Shown: positions 20,690 through 30,649, counted from the stretch's first letter. The stretch is DNA of 64,000 nt from Candidatus Hermodarchaeota archaeon (GCA_016839805.1 JAEOTO010000007.1:1-64000); one strand, 5' to 3'. Notes: a model not told the origin generated them from the sequence alone. Made by a program: numbers and translations.

Positions 20690-21850
20690 TTAGAGGTCAT
20701 ATTCTTTGAAGACTTCACGTTGAATGAGGTATCGTAGAATCTCAGCAGTGCCACCACCGATGGTCATAAGACGTGCATCTCGTAGGAAGCGTTCAACGGG
20801 TTTCTGTTTAGTGTAGCCGATACCACCGAGTACCTGGAGCGCTTCCGTTGCTGATTCTATTGCTTTTTCACAGGCATACAATTTCGCGATTGCTGCATCT
20901 TTTGTGGCTCGTTGTCCTGCATCAATCATTCGCGCAGCTTTGAATGTAAGAAGGCGAGCTGCTTCGAGCTTCATGGCCATGTCAGCGATTTTGAAACTGA
21001 TTCCTTCAAATTCACGAATTTTTCGTCGAAACTGAACTCGGAAATTACTGTAATGGATGGCCTCTTCCATTGCTGCTCGTGCGACTCCATTCATCTCTGC
21101 AGCTAAGATGGTTCTTTCCGCATCTAATCCAGCCATTACAACGCGGAATCCTCCATTGTGTTCACCGAGGATATTTTCTTCAGGAACTTCAACATCATTG
21201 AGGGCTAGCCTGCCTACATGTGCGCCATGCATTCCCAGGAGGTCATATTCTTCGACGACCTCAAATCCTTTAGATTTTGTTTCTACGATAAACGCTGTCA
21301 TACCTTGCTTAGCCTTTACCTTGGGATCAGTAACAGTATAACAGAGAAGATAATCTGCAATTGGACCATTCGTGATGAAGCGTTTCTCACCATTGATGAT
21401 GTAGCTGTCATCTTGTTTCTCAGCACGAGTTTCGGTTCCTGCAACATCACTTCCAACGTTGGGCTCAGTGATTCCCAGGGCTCCAATTCTTTCTCCTTTT
21501 GCAACAGGTTTTAGGTATTTCTTTTTTTGGGCCACGGTGCCAAATTCGAAGACTGGATGAGCGAATAAAATGCAGGAGGCAACACGGGCCATATCAAAAC
21601 CGGCATGAACTGCACAAATCTCTTCGGTGACTAATACTTCATACATCAAGCCCTTGCCGATACCACCATACTCAGAAGGATAGCGAGAGCCAAGGTAACC
21701 TGCTTTCCCAAATTTCCGTATAACATCCCAGGCTTCGAGTTTTCCTTGCTCGATATCTTCGGCAACAGGGACTAAGTTCCGTTGAACGAAATCCCGAACT
21801 TTTTGCTGGAACTTTATTTCATCTTCGGTTAAAAATGATAAAATCGTCAT
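20690..21850 (-). CDS. acyl-CoA dehydrogenase
   Basis: TEPNVGSD, NGEKRFITNG, RVQF, QVLGGIGY and IGGGTAEI motifs. Confidence 0.93.
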   Translation of the reverse strand: MTILSFLTEDEIKFQQKVRDFVQRNLVPVAEDIEQGKLEAWDVIRKFGKAGYLGSRYPSEYGGIGKGLMYEVLVTEEICAVHAGFDMARVASCILFAHPVFEFGTVAQKKKYLKPVAKGERIGALGITEPNVGSDVAGTETRAEKQDDSYIINGEKRFITNGPIADYLLCYTVTDPKVKAKQGMTAFIVETKSKGFEVVEEYDLLGMHGAHVGRLALNDVEVPEENILGEHNGGFRVVMAGLDAERTILAAEMNGVARAAMEEAIHYSNFRVQFRRKIREFEGISFKIADMAMKLEAARLLTFKAARMIDAGQRATKDAAIAKLYACEKAIESATEALQVLGGIGYTKQKPVERFLRDARLMTIGGGTAEILRYLIQREVFKEYDL

Positions 21851-21960
21851 TGTTCTCACATCAACCCGAAATGAAATCGTGAATCGAATCACAATAGTAT
21901 GTGACGTTTAAAGTGCTTCGCAACACACCAAAAACAAACAAACGCTGGTTGCTTAGTTTA

Positions 21961-22353
21961 CTATTTTCGCTTAGACTTATGCAAGGCGGAAACAGCTTGT
22001 TGTCGAGTTTGCCTTTTGATTTCTTCGATCTGCTCGATAGCAGGAAGAATTGTATCTACCAGTTCACTTTTTGCCTGAATTCCCTCATGGGTTAAGAAAG
22101 CCACCGCCTCGCTTCGACTTTTGAATATATCCAAGGCAATTAACGCGTCAACTATGCGAAGATCACTATCCCATAATCGAGTCATAACGATGTTGTCACG
22201 GCTTTTCGCTTCAGGTAAATCCCCTTTCATGAAGAGTTGCTTCAACTCTTCCATTACTTCTTGCTTCAACGCAGGGGCTACAGGTGAATCCTTAGCTTCA
22301 GTTGAGTTTTCTGCAGCTTTGCGTTTAGATTTTGATTTAACTGATCGTGACAT
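21961..22353 (-). CDS. putative ribbon-helix-helix (CopG-like) DNA-binding protein
   Basis: NIVMTRL...IVDALI...FKSRSEAV pattern. Confidence 0.55.
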   Translation of the reverse strand: MSRSVKSKSKRKAAENSTEAKDSPVAPALKQEVMEELKQLFMKGDLPEAKSRDNIVMTRLWDSDLRIVDALIALDIFKSRSEAVAFLTHEGIQAKSELVDTILPAIEQIEEIKRQTRQQAVSALHKSKRK

Positions 22354-22539
22354 CTGACTTCCCTACTAGTTAAGGTGATTGTAACATTGCATTTTAGCGT
22401 TACGCCTCACTATCTTTTTGCGTTACGTGCTTGCATCTAACATTAGGGATTCGTGAGGGCGACAAGCTTATATAAGAGGTTAAGATACCACGTAACTAGG
22501 CTTAACACTGTTAAGGAAACTAAATGGAGGAACAAAGGG

Positions 22540-22809
22540 TTGCCAGTAAAACAGAATAAAACTAAGACTAGTGAAGTCGAAATCCATCAAAGTATTGACG
22601 CCAGAGGGCTATATTGTCCAATCCCCGTCTATAAAACCCGACAAGCGGTCCTAGAAGCAAAATCACAAGAAGTAATTGAAATTCTAGCCGATGACCCTGC
22701 AGCTGAAGAAGACATTTCTCGCTGGGCCAAGCGTACGGGGAATACCATTCTCTCCCTCGAGCACTGTGATGATTACATTCGGTTTCTAATTCAGAAAACA
22801 GATAGGTGA
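22540..22809 (+). CDS. tusA: TusA/SirA family sulfurtransferase
   Basis: DARGLYCPIP and ADDP...DI..WA motifs. TTG start at 22540 after GGAGG, in frame with ORF 22453..22809. Confidence 0.88.
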   Translation: MPVKQNKTKTSEVEIHQSIDARGLYCPIPVYKTRQAVLEAKSQEVIEILADDPAAEEDISRWAKRTGNTILSLEHCDDYIRFLIQKTDR

Positions 22810-23177
22810 AAGACATGACAAAGAAAATATTATATGTCGTAACCAGCGGGACCGATACTCCTGACAGATTATATGCTCCCTTTGTTTTGGGTACAACTGC
22901 GAAGACCATGGGAATTGATGCAACGATTTATTTTATGATGAGGGGTGTTACAGTGATCAAAAAGGGAGAAGCAGAAAAAATCCAGATGGGAGCCTTCCCA
23001 CCATTAAAAGAGGTTATTGATCAAGCTATCGACGCTGGTGTCGAGCTGATGGCTTGTGATCAAAGTACACAAGTGCTGGGAATCGAACGGGGTGGTTACG
23101 TTGATGCGTGTGGGATAGTTGGCAGCGCGACTTTAAATGATCTTGCGCTGGAAGCTGATGCAATTCTTACATTCTAG
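22806..23177 (+). CDS. DsrE/DsrF-like sulfur relay protein
   Basis: DsrE-type pattern: APF..G..A, GVELMACDQS with conserved Cys; overlaps tusA by 4 nt. Confidence 0.82.
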   Translation: MKDMTKKILYVVTSGTDTPDRLYAPFVLGTTAKTMGIDATIYFMMRGVTVIKKGEAEKIQMGAFPPLKEVIDQAIDAGVELMACDQSTQVLGIERGGYVDACGIVGSATLNDLALEADAILTF

Positions 23178-23209
23178 AGAGAAACGGAGAAAGATGGGAG
23201 GGACCTGGA

Positions 23210-24436
23210 ATGGTGGACCAAATAAATTTCAACCACAGTGCTGGAGTACCCATTGATGAACGTGTGCTCCAAGTTATGGAACCCTATTTCCGTCAATTCT
23301 ATGGTAATCCCTCATCAGTCCATAGTGCTGGGCAACAATCTGCAAAGGCTATTGAAAACGCGCGAGTTCAAGTAAGTCGGCTAATTGGAGCAGAAAGTAA
23401 AGACCGAATTATTTTCACTAATGGAGCCACCGAAGCTAATAATCTCGCTCTACAGGGGTTCGCCTACCGTCATCGTCGAAAAGGTAACCACATAATTATC
23501 TCCCAAATGGAGCACCTAAGTATCATTAACACCGCAAAATTTCTTAGCAAACAAGGATTCGAATACAGTCAAGTGAAAGTTGACGAATATGGAGTAGTCG
23601 ATGCTCAAGCATTACAAGACGCGATTACTGATCAGACCATCTTGATTTCAATACAACATGGCAACAATGAAGTAGGAACTCTTCAACCAATCGCTGAAAT
23701 CGCGAAAATCGCTAATGATGCCACAATTCCACTCCATGTTGATGCAGTAGCCAGTGCAGGTCAAGTGCCCATAGAAGTCACTGATATGGGAATTTCAATG
23801 CTATCACTCTCCTCTAATGATATATATGGTCCAAAAGGTGTTGGTGCCCTATTTGTAAAACGAGGAATCTCAATTCAACCAATCTTGCTCGGTGGTGGTC
23901 AAGAATATGGGATTCGCTCTGGATCCGAAAATGTGGCAGGTATTGTTGGTATGGGAGCTGCCGCAGAAATTGCTAAACAACAGCTCGAAAAAAATGCCAC
24001 ACACCTAAGACGCCTTCGCGATAGTCTGATTAAAGGTGTTTTAAATAAAGTGGATGAAGCCTACTTAAACGGGCATCCTAAAAATCGGCTTCCCAATAAT
24101 GCGAATATACGATTTGCGTTTGTTGAAGGTGAAGCTATCACTCTTCATCTTAGCTTCCAAGGATTCCTTGTAGCAACCAGCTCAGCTTGTACTTCAAAGA
24201 CTCTAGCCCCCTCTCACTGTCTTCTCAGTATGGGCGTCTCTGAAGCTGAAGCTCATGGTGCCTTACAACTCACACTCGGTCGGGAAAATACCCTAAAACA
24301 AGTCGATCGATTCGTAGAGGTCCTTCCCCCAATCATTAAAAAACTGCGGGCTATGTCACCCCTATCAAAAGAGGTCCCCTACGATTTATATGAAGATGAG
24401 GAACATGACCATGAACATGGTCAGGAACACGATTAA
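23210..24436 (+). CDS. iscS: IscS/NifS-family cysteine desulfurase homolog (PLP Lys replaced by Asp)
   Basis: GNPSS, GATEANN, NNEVG, HVDAV, SSNDIYGPKG, RSGSEN and SSACTS motifs. Confidence 0.9.
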   Translation: MVDQINFNHSAGVPIDERVLQVMEPYFRQFYGNPSSVHSAGQQSAKAIENARVQVSRLIGAESKDRIIFTNGATEANNLALQGFAYRHRRKGNHIIISQMEHLSIINTAKFLSKQGFEYSQVKVDEYGVVDAQALQDAITDQTILISIQHGNNEVGTLQPIAEIAKIANDATIPLHVDAVASAGQVPIEVTDMGISMLSLSSNDIYGPKGVGALFVKRGISIQPILLGGGQEYGIRSGSENVAGIVGMGAAAEIAKQQLEKNATHLRRLRDSLIKGVLNKVDEAYLNGHPKNRLPNNANIRFAFVEGEAITLHLSFQGFLVATSSACTSKTLAPSHCLLSMGVSEAEAHGALQLTLGRENTLKQVDRFVEVLPPIIKKLRAMSPLSKEVPYDLYEDEEHDHEHGQEHD

Positions 24437-24445
24437 GAAATACAA

Positions 24446-24853
24446 ATGGAGATGAATACAAACATGTACACTCAAAAAGTCATTGAACACTTCACTAATC
24501 CCCGAAACATGGGTGAAATGGAAGACGCCGATGCCATAGGTAAAGTCGGTAATCCAACCTGTGGAGATCTTATCTGGATTTATATCAAAGTCAAAGATGA
24601 CATTATAACTGATATAACCTTCAAGACCTTTGGCTGTGCAGCGGCCATAGCAACTAGTAGCATGATCACAGAACTAACCAAGGGGAAAACTCTGAAAGAA
24701 GCCTATCAAATAACGCGAAATGATGTGGCTGAAAATTTAGAAGGGTTACCGCCAATTAAGATGCATTGCTCAAATCTATCTGCTGATGGATTACATAAAG
24801 CCATTGAAGAATATCTTGAAAAAAATGGTCGCACAATTGATGATCTAAAGTAA
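24446..24853 (+). CDS. iscU: Fe-S cluster scaffold IscU/NifU-N
   Basis: HFTNPRNMG, CGD, FGCAAA and LPPIKMHCS; three conserved Cys. Confidence 0.95.
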   Translation: MEMNTNMYTQKVIEHFTNPRNMGEMEDADAIGKVGNPTCGDLIWIYIKVKDDIITDITFKTFGCAAAIATSSMITELTKGKTLKEAYQITRNDVAENLEGLPPIKMHCSNLSADGLHKAIEEYLEKNGRTIDDLK

Positions 24854-24865
24854 TAATCGAAAGGT

Positions 24866-25243
24866 TCAATCAGAGGAATCGATGAACCTGTCGATGATCG
24901 TCTTGAAGGTCTCAGATGAGAGAGCACCTTTTATTAGGTAATCTTTTGCTCCCATCTGCATTACCTCTTGAACAGTTTCATCATCATCAATAGCAGTCAA
25001 TGCTACGATAACGATATCTGGGTACTCACGGGTTACTTGGGAGATGAGGTCAGTCCCACTTATTTTAGGTAAAACGAGATCAACAAAGAAAATATCAGGA
25101 GGATTAGCCTTGATTTTTTCCAGTGCTTCTTCGCCATCAACCGCTGTTTCTATTTCATAATCGCGGAGTAAAAACTTGGCAGCACGAAGAAAAGTTTCTG
25201 AGTCATCTGCTAGTAGAATTCTAGGCAATTTCTTGGAACCCAA
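24866..25243 (-). CDS. single-domain response regulator (REC)
   Basis: LADD, VDLVLP (phospho-Asp), LTA and GAKDYLIK motifs. Confidence 0.9.
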   Translation of the reverse strand: MGSKKLPRILLADDSETFLRAAKFLLRDYEIETAVDGEEALEKIKANPPDIFFVDLVLPKISGTDLISQVTREYPDIVIVALTAIDDDETVQEVMQMGAKDYLIKGALSSETFKTIIDRFIDSSD

Positions 25244-26675
25244 CTTGGGGTTTACCCTCCTTAAGCTGAGTGTAGATACAATATTGCGGAGTCGACGGAT
25301 TAATCCCTCGCAAGATAGTGACCCCTTCTTTCACCTCTAACTCGACATGAATATCGGCTAAATCAGCAAGGTATCGGTTAATCTCGGGTGTACTACTGTA
25401 CCCAATTGTTACAGCTAAATTACTTTCAGTTGCAGTATCGTTTGTGATGCGTGTAGCCCATCTCGGAAGTTCGCTAGGTCCGACCCATGAGTGTAACCAT
25501 CCAAAGCCTATAACACTTAACAGATCTTGACAACCTTGGTTCCGTAGCTCTTCGAGAACCATACTCCAGGCATTTTCGAGGTCAGAGCTCTCTCGGAATG
25601 CGACGGTTTTGTAATATGGTTCACCAAGTTCGCCAGCAGCACTGGATACTCCCAGACTAGTAGCTGCACTAGTGAACAGGCGGAGATGTGTGTTGAGTTG
25701 GTCGACGAAGCCATATCGAAGTGCTGCCGCTTTCAATCTTCGGAAGCTAAGTTTGTTTGGTGGGACAATTATGACTCCACTTTGTTGACGGAGGAAGTTA
25801 GCGATCATACTCAGAACTAGGGTGTTGACGACTTCGTTGGAAACGCCTTCTAAAACGTCTATGAAAAACGTGCTTCCACGGCGGAAACCTCCGAAAATGG
25901 TGTCCATTTCTTGGATGCCTGAAGAGAACCGCCCAGCTGCATGAGGAATGACTTGGAAGTTTGATATGCGATGGGCTAGCTCTGCATCATAGGAATAAAG
26001 TATAGAAAAGTGACTGTTTCTTAATGAAAATCCCCGCTTACCTCTATCAATTGATGTTCCCCGTAATTTTAGCAATTGCATACTGCGCCACATACGGCCT
26101 TCCGTTTGTGTTTTTGTAACACAAATGATCCCGTCAACAATATGATCTAAAGGTGATTCCTCAATACCTTCTTGAACTAGAATAATTTTAGCGTAGAGGC
26201 TACGACCTAAATTCGTGAGAGCACTGGTTAGTCGTTGGGGATCAGCTTGGGCTGCTTCAATGATTGCATCAAAGGAGTCGATTACACATACAGGTGATGA
26301 AAGATCCCGGAGTTGATCATTGACAGCACTAATGAAAGTAAGTTCATCAGAGTATACAATTCGCTGCTCAATTGCATCATCAGATCTTATCTGGCTTTCT
26401 GGCATTCCCATTAGTAGTGGTGTTGCATCAATGATATTGTTAGCTGGAAATTTTTCGAACGCCCAGGGGAACTGTGTTCGTAAATTTTCACTCGCTACTC
26501 GTGAAGAGAGATAGATGAAGTTGTTCACTTTGAATAATTTCGGTAAGTGTTGTGAAAGTTCATCTAGAAGCGATAAAACAAAGGTACTTTTTCCGGTTCC
26601 CGCCCTTCCCTTAACTAATAGGGTTTGTCCTTGTTCCTGTTTGAGGAATTCAAGTAATTCCGGAGGGAGTGCCAC
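25221..26675 (-). CDS. GvpD-like/RAD55 double-domain KaiC-family ATPase
   Basis: GRAGTGKS, IDS and LLKLRG in the first domain; second degenerate domain starts FSSGIQEMDTIFGG. Confidence 0.8.
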   Translation of the reverse strand: MALPPELLEFLKQEQGQTLLVKGRAGTGKSTFVLSLLDELSQHLPKLFKVNNFIYLSSRVASENLRTQFPWAFEKFPANNIIDATPLLMGMPESQIRSDDAIEQRIVYSDELTFISAVNDQLRDLSSPVCVIDSFDAIIEAAQADPQRLTSALTNLGRSLYAKIILVQEGIEESPLDHIVDGIICVTKTQTEGRMWRSMQLLKLRGTSIDRGKRGFSLRNSHFSILYSYDAELAHRISNFQVIPHAAGRFSSGIQEMDTIFGGFRRGSTFFIDVLEGVSNEVVNTLVLSMIANFLRQQSGVIIVPPNKLSFRRLKAAALRYGFVDQLNTHLRLFTSAATSLGVSSAAGELGEPYYKTVAFRESSDLENAWSMVLEELRNQGCQDLLSVIGFGWLHSWVGPSELPRWATRITNDTATESNLAVTIGYSSTPEINRYLADLADIHVELEVKEGVTILRGINPSTPQYCIYTQLKEGKPQVGFQEIA

Positions 26676-26689
26676 GTGCTTCTACACCT

Positions 26690-27238
26690 TCAGCCTTTCT
26701 TAGGAGGGGGATTTGTAGTGTGTTCCAAGAGAAACTTGGAGATTGTCTGAAAGAGCTCCTTGACATTTGTCCCATCTTTCGCGGATGTCTCCATATATCC
26801 AAGCATCTTGAGGTCCTTCGCCAGCTTCTCAGCCTCTGCAGGCTTAACAACCCGTGAATCGGCTAAATCAACTTTATTACCCACCAAGAAGAGGAGAACC
26901 TCTGGTGCACCTTGTCTAACATCGTCAACCCACTCTTTAACGCAATCCAAAGTATCCTTACGAGTTACATCATAAACGACAATAGCAAAATCTGTACCAA
27001 AGAGATATTGTACACGAACTCTTCGAAAGGATGTCTGTCCAGCTAGATCCCAGACCTGTAAGGAGACGAGTGAATCGGCGACTGATGTCTTAAATGAGGA
27101 TATTGCCGCTCCAAGTGTCGCTTTGTAACCTTCATCAAAAGAATTCGTCATATACCGTTTTATAATAGATGTTTTACCAACAGCATAATCGCCAATCAAA
27201 GAGACTTTGAACATGAATTGGCTACCTTTCGCTTCCAT
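26690..27238 (-). CDS. Rab-like small GTPase
   Basis: G1 GDYAVGKTS, G2 YKATLG, G3 WDLAGQ, G4 GNKVD, G5 ETSAK. No C-terminal Cys prenylation motif. Confidence 0.93.
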   Translation of the reverse strand: MEAKGSQFMFKVSLIGDYAVGKTSIIKRYMTNSFDEGYKATLGAAISSFKTSVADSLVSLQVWDLAGQTSFRRVRVQYLFGTDFAIVVYDVTRKDTLDCVKEWVDDVRQGAPEVLLFLVGNKVDLADSRVVKPAEAEKLAKDLKMLGYMETSAKDGTNVKELFQTISKFLLEHTTNPPPKKG

Positions 27239-27338
27239 TTTTTTCTATCACCAACCCCTATCTGTTTACTCCCTGGGTACAATGGATTCGTTTAATGAAA
27301 TTTAAGCCCTTGGTTTTCAATAAGATTACTCCTTGATG

Positions 27339-28157
27339 TTATTGGATAGGTGGTAAATCTGAAATCTGTAATCCCTTGTCACCAATGATGAGCAGGAGAG
27401 GATTCATTTGGTGACTCGTTCCGCGCATCTTTCCAATTTCAATTGTTCGTATTCGAACATTTCCCTGGCTCATTAGCTTCATCATTAGAACTCCATCCAT
27501 AAGAAATCCTTCCACATCGAAGCGTCCTATACTTGTTTCAGTGGGACTCTCTACAGCGACTAAGCAAGTGGCTTCGCTCATCCGTAGGGAACGGACTAAA
27601 TTCAATAGGTCATGTCGAATACGAAATAGGTCCTTGTGTTGGAGGGTTAGTGTGGAAATGGAATCAATTGCTACACGTTTAGCTTTAATTCGTCGGATTT
27701 CACGATGAATTAATGATAGTAACGATTCCATCGTAAATTCTTCACGACCAAGCACAGGATGTTCAGGTTTCAACACTACTCGCTCGTTTTGAATCATAGG
27801 CGATGCATCGACTAGCGCTAATTTGCCGGTTTCCATCAATTCCTCAAGCTTCCATCCAAACTGGTCCATATTACGGAAAGTCGAAGCAAGAGATTCTTCC
27901 ATGGAAACTAAAACCCCGGGTTCATCGAACTCAGTTGCACCCATGTAGAGAAACTGGTTCATCAAGATCGATTTTCCGGTTCCGGGGCCACCACTAATGA
28001 GGATCACTGAACCCTTGGGAAAGCCACCGTGCAATGCTTCATCTAACCCTGGAATGCCTGATTTGGTCTTTTCAGTCACACTAATCCCCCGATTAGGTGG
28101 TCTCCTTACAAAGAAGTAACCTTTATTGTAGTTTAATAGGTTTGTGTCTCTTCTCAA
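27339..28157 (-). CDS. KaiC/RAD55 family ATPase
   Basis: SGIPGLDEALHGG, GGPGTGKS, SMEE, IDSI and KMRGT motifs. Likely start GTG 28079. Confidence 0.9.
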   Translation of the reverse strand: MRRDTNLLNYNKGYFFVRRPPNRGISVTEKTKSGIPGLDEALHGGFPKGSVILISGGPGTGKSILMNQFLYMGATEFDEPGVLVSMEESLASTFRNMDQFGWKLEELMETGKLALVDASPMIQNERVVLKPEHPVLGREEFTMESLLSLIHREIRRIKAKRVAIDSISTLTLQHKDLFRIRHDLLNLVRSLRMSEATCLVAVESPTETSIGRFDVEGFLMDGVLMMKLMSQGNVRIRTIEIGKMRGTSHQMNPLLLIIGDKGLQISDLPPIQ

Positions 28158-28279
28158 TATAATGGTAAACGACTACAGACTTCCCAAAACCTTTTTTCGT
28201 GTACAATGAGACTAGAGTATAGTTCGGGCTCCAGATTGGGTGATGAATGAAAGCACGTTAATTCTCAGAAGGGGCTATT

Positions 28280-28987
28280 ATGCTTCTCGATCCTATACTT
28301 CATGGAGGACTCCCACACGGTGCTAGTATTGTACTGGTAGGTTCTCCTGGTTCGGGAAAAACCTCTTTTTGCCTCCAACTAGCTCTTGAAGCAACTCATA
28401 ATGGGCAAGATGCTCTTTACTTATCAACTGAGAATACACCGTCCAATATCATCCAACACTCTCGGAGCTTTGGCATTCCACTTGGATCGAATGTTAAAGA
28501 AAATAAAATTCAATTCGTCGATGCTTATAGCTGGCGCCTTGGCATGCGAAAAGATCCTTTTGCAATCAGTCGAATTAGTAATCCAGGTAACCTAAATGAG
28601 GTTAATTTGATTATTACTGATCAAGCAAAACTATTAGCGCCAGGTTCTTTGATTGTAATAGATTCTGTTTCTGGCCTAAGTCTTTCTGCTCCAGATGAAC
28701 AGCGAATTCGTACTTTTGTTCATAGCTTGGCTCAACGGATATCTACAATGGATAAGATACTGATGTTCATCCTGGAAGATCAAGCTCATGATATCAGACT
28801 GATAACAAACCTCCGATCACTTGTACATGGCTCAATACAAACTAAAACCGTTGATGGTGCCGATGGTTGTCTATACTGGAAGATTCGGATGTACAGTCTT
28901 ATCGGGGCAAATCACGCTACACGCTGGTTTAATAATTTACTCGGGGCAAAGGGCTTAACACTAAATGGAGGGACGACCGATAAGTGA
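28280..28987 (+). CDS. RAD55/KaiC family ATPase
   Basis: LDPILHGGLP, GSPGSGKT, STE, VDAYSW and IDSVS motifs. Confidence 0.85.
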   Translation: MLLDPILHGGLPHGASIVLVGSPGSGKTSFCLQLALEATHNGQDALYLSTENTPSNIIQHSRSFGIPLGSNVKENKIQFVDAYSWRLGMRKDPFAISRISNPGNLNEVNLIITDQAKLLAPGSLIVIDSVSGLSLSAPDEQRIRTFVHSLAQRISTMDKILMFILEDQAHDIRLITNLRSLVHGSIQTKTVDGADGCLYWKIRMYSLIGANHATRWFNNLLGAKGLTLNGGTTDK

Positions 28988-29660
28988 GTTAATCACAGTG
29001 ACCTTTGCACCCAAAGGGGCATTAGAAATCCCCCGAGGGTCTCAAATCCTAATCGTCGGTCCTCCAGGCGTCGTAAAAACTACTTTTGCACTTAGATATC
29101 TAGCAGACAGATTGAAGGGAAATGAACAAGCGGTATTTGCCACGACTCTTTGGTCCCCTGAGCAAGTACGTGAAACCATCAGTCAGTTCGGTAGTAAGAA
29201 ACTCGCAACACAACTTCGTATAGCAGATGGAGTATCTTGCGTAACAGCTCGCCCTTCATCAGAACCGTTTGCTTTTCAAAATCTTTACGATTTAAACACT
29301 ATCAGTCTCGTGATGATTCAAGCCATTTCTGATATCAAAAATGGACATCTCTGTATAGATAATCTAACAACCCTCATGACTTACTCAGCCCCTCTGTTGG
29401 TAATTAAGTTTTTACAAGTACTTTGCGCCAGAGTCAAGGATCGAGGGTTAACAGGGCTTTACTTACTCGAAGATGGCGTCCACTCAAAAGAAGTCGTAGC
29501 TACTTTACGCTTTTCTGTCGATGGAGTTATCGAAATCCACGATGAAGAAGAATCCGATGAACTCATTCACAAAATCCGATTAGTACATCTTCGTGGAACC
29601 CAAGTTGATACACGATGGCTATTATATAACGAAAAACGACCTCTCCGACGAGTATCATAA
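28965..29660 (+). CDS. RAD55/KaiC family ATPase with degenerate Walker A
   Basis: GPPGVVKT, IDNL, DGVIE and LRGT motifs; overlaps the upstream paralog. Confidence 0.8.
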   Translation: MEGRPISELITVTFAPKGALEIPRGSQILIVGPPGVVKTTFALRYLADRLKGNEQAVFATTLWSPEQVRETISQFGSKKLATQLRIADGVSCVTARPSSEPFAFQNLYDLNTISLVMIQAISDIKNGHLCIDNLTTLMTYSAPLLVIKFLQVLCARVKDRGLTGLYLLEDGVHSKEVVATLRFSVDGVIEIHDEEESDELIHKIRLVHLRGTQVDTRWLLYNEKRPLRRVS

Positions 29661-29734
29661 TTGATACTCTGATGACTACTAAATATTGGCCTATTATTGC
29701 AAAGAAGTATATTTCGAGTGATTAAGAGTGGAAT

Positions 29735-30352
29735 CTAAGCTTCTTGAATACTTTGAACGTTTGTTGGTCTCAATCTTTGATTTACTTCTTCTGAATTCGG
29801 AGTTTCTTTTGATTTCGGTGGAAAAAGATAGTAGATCATGTCCTCAAAAGTCTCGATAAAACCGGGGACCAGTACGATAGCTACAATACAGAGAATAAAA
29901 ACACCTACTACTCCAAGGACAAAACTCATGGGGTAGTGAGCAAGTTCCCAAGGGAGTATTCCCAAATACACTAACCAGATTTCATATACGACTCGAAGAA
30001 CGTTTGCCACAAAAAGCATGATAGTGACAACTATTACTGCAAGAATTTTTCTGGGCCATGTCCCCCGTGGCAATGGCAAAATCAATCCAGCAAATACGGC
30101 GATGACTTGAATACCAGTACATTCACGTACGATTTGGAATTGTTGAAATCCTATGACGGCAACGTAAACGGCTCCATGCAACCAATCGACAGTGATGACT
30201 GAAGGAACCCCTATCCACGTGAGTAAAATTGCTGAAACGTAAGCGGTTGGAATAGCAAGAATGAATGGTTGGGGTAAGAAGTATACTAAAAGCGTTACAA
30301 TCACAGCAATACATAGGTACAAAACAAGCGCTCTAGGAGTCGGCCTTTCCAT
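29735..30352 (-). CDS. exosortase/archaeosortase family protein
   Basis: Catalytic-triad pattern ECTG (Cys), NVLRV (Arg), AHY (His); multi-TM. Start placed at ATG 30352 (MERPTP); the ORF stays open to 30523. Confidence 0.85.
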   Translation of the reverse strand: MERPTPRALVLYLCIAVIVTLLVYFLPQPFILAIPTAYVSAILLTWIGVPSVITVDWLHGAVYVAVIGFQQFQIVRECTGIQVIAVFAGLILPLPRGTWPRKILAVIVVTIMLFVANVLRVVYEIWLVYLGILPWELAHYPMSFVLGVVGVFILCIVAIVLVPGFIETFEDMIYYLFPPKSKETPNSEEVNQRLRPTNVQSIQEA

Positions 30353-30566
30353 GTCTTCAGAATCCTCTTCAGCTTCTCTTGTTTCCTCGTCACGGGCTAT
30401 TGTTGTTTTGTCCGTGGTTATTGGGTTCACCGTCCTGGTCGCTGGTGGAGTTGCTTTCATTTTAGGATTAAATCTTCTGGGAGAAGCTCTCGTTCTTGCG
30501 GGCGTGTTTCTCTTTGCGTTCACAATGCTGTGTTATTTGGCTGCACGCCGCAACCGGAACCAATAA
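30351..30566 (+). CDS. small two-TM membrane protein
   Basis: MSSESS...two strongly hydrophobic helices...RRNRNQ basic tail. Confidence 0.45.
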   Translation: MSSESSSASLVSSSRAIVVLSVVIGFTVLVAGGVAFILGLNLLGEALVLAGVFLFAFTMLCYLAARRNRNQ

Positions 30567-30649
30567 GCATGTACTCGTGTTTTCCCATTATTAGACTTAT
30601 CCCTTCTCTGGGCGAAGGATTGCTTGCATTAACAGTTTCAAAGGATGAT

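Noticed and set aside
25221-26675. Gas vesicle gene cluster or true circadian clock
   Set aside because: No gvpA or other gvp genes and no kaiA/kaiB; only the ATPase family is supported.
30353-30523. N-terminal extension of the sortase (MNAKRN...)
   Set aside because: Reads like the antisense shadow of a hydrophobic plus-strand ORF.
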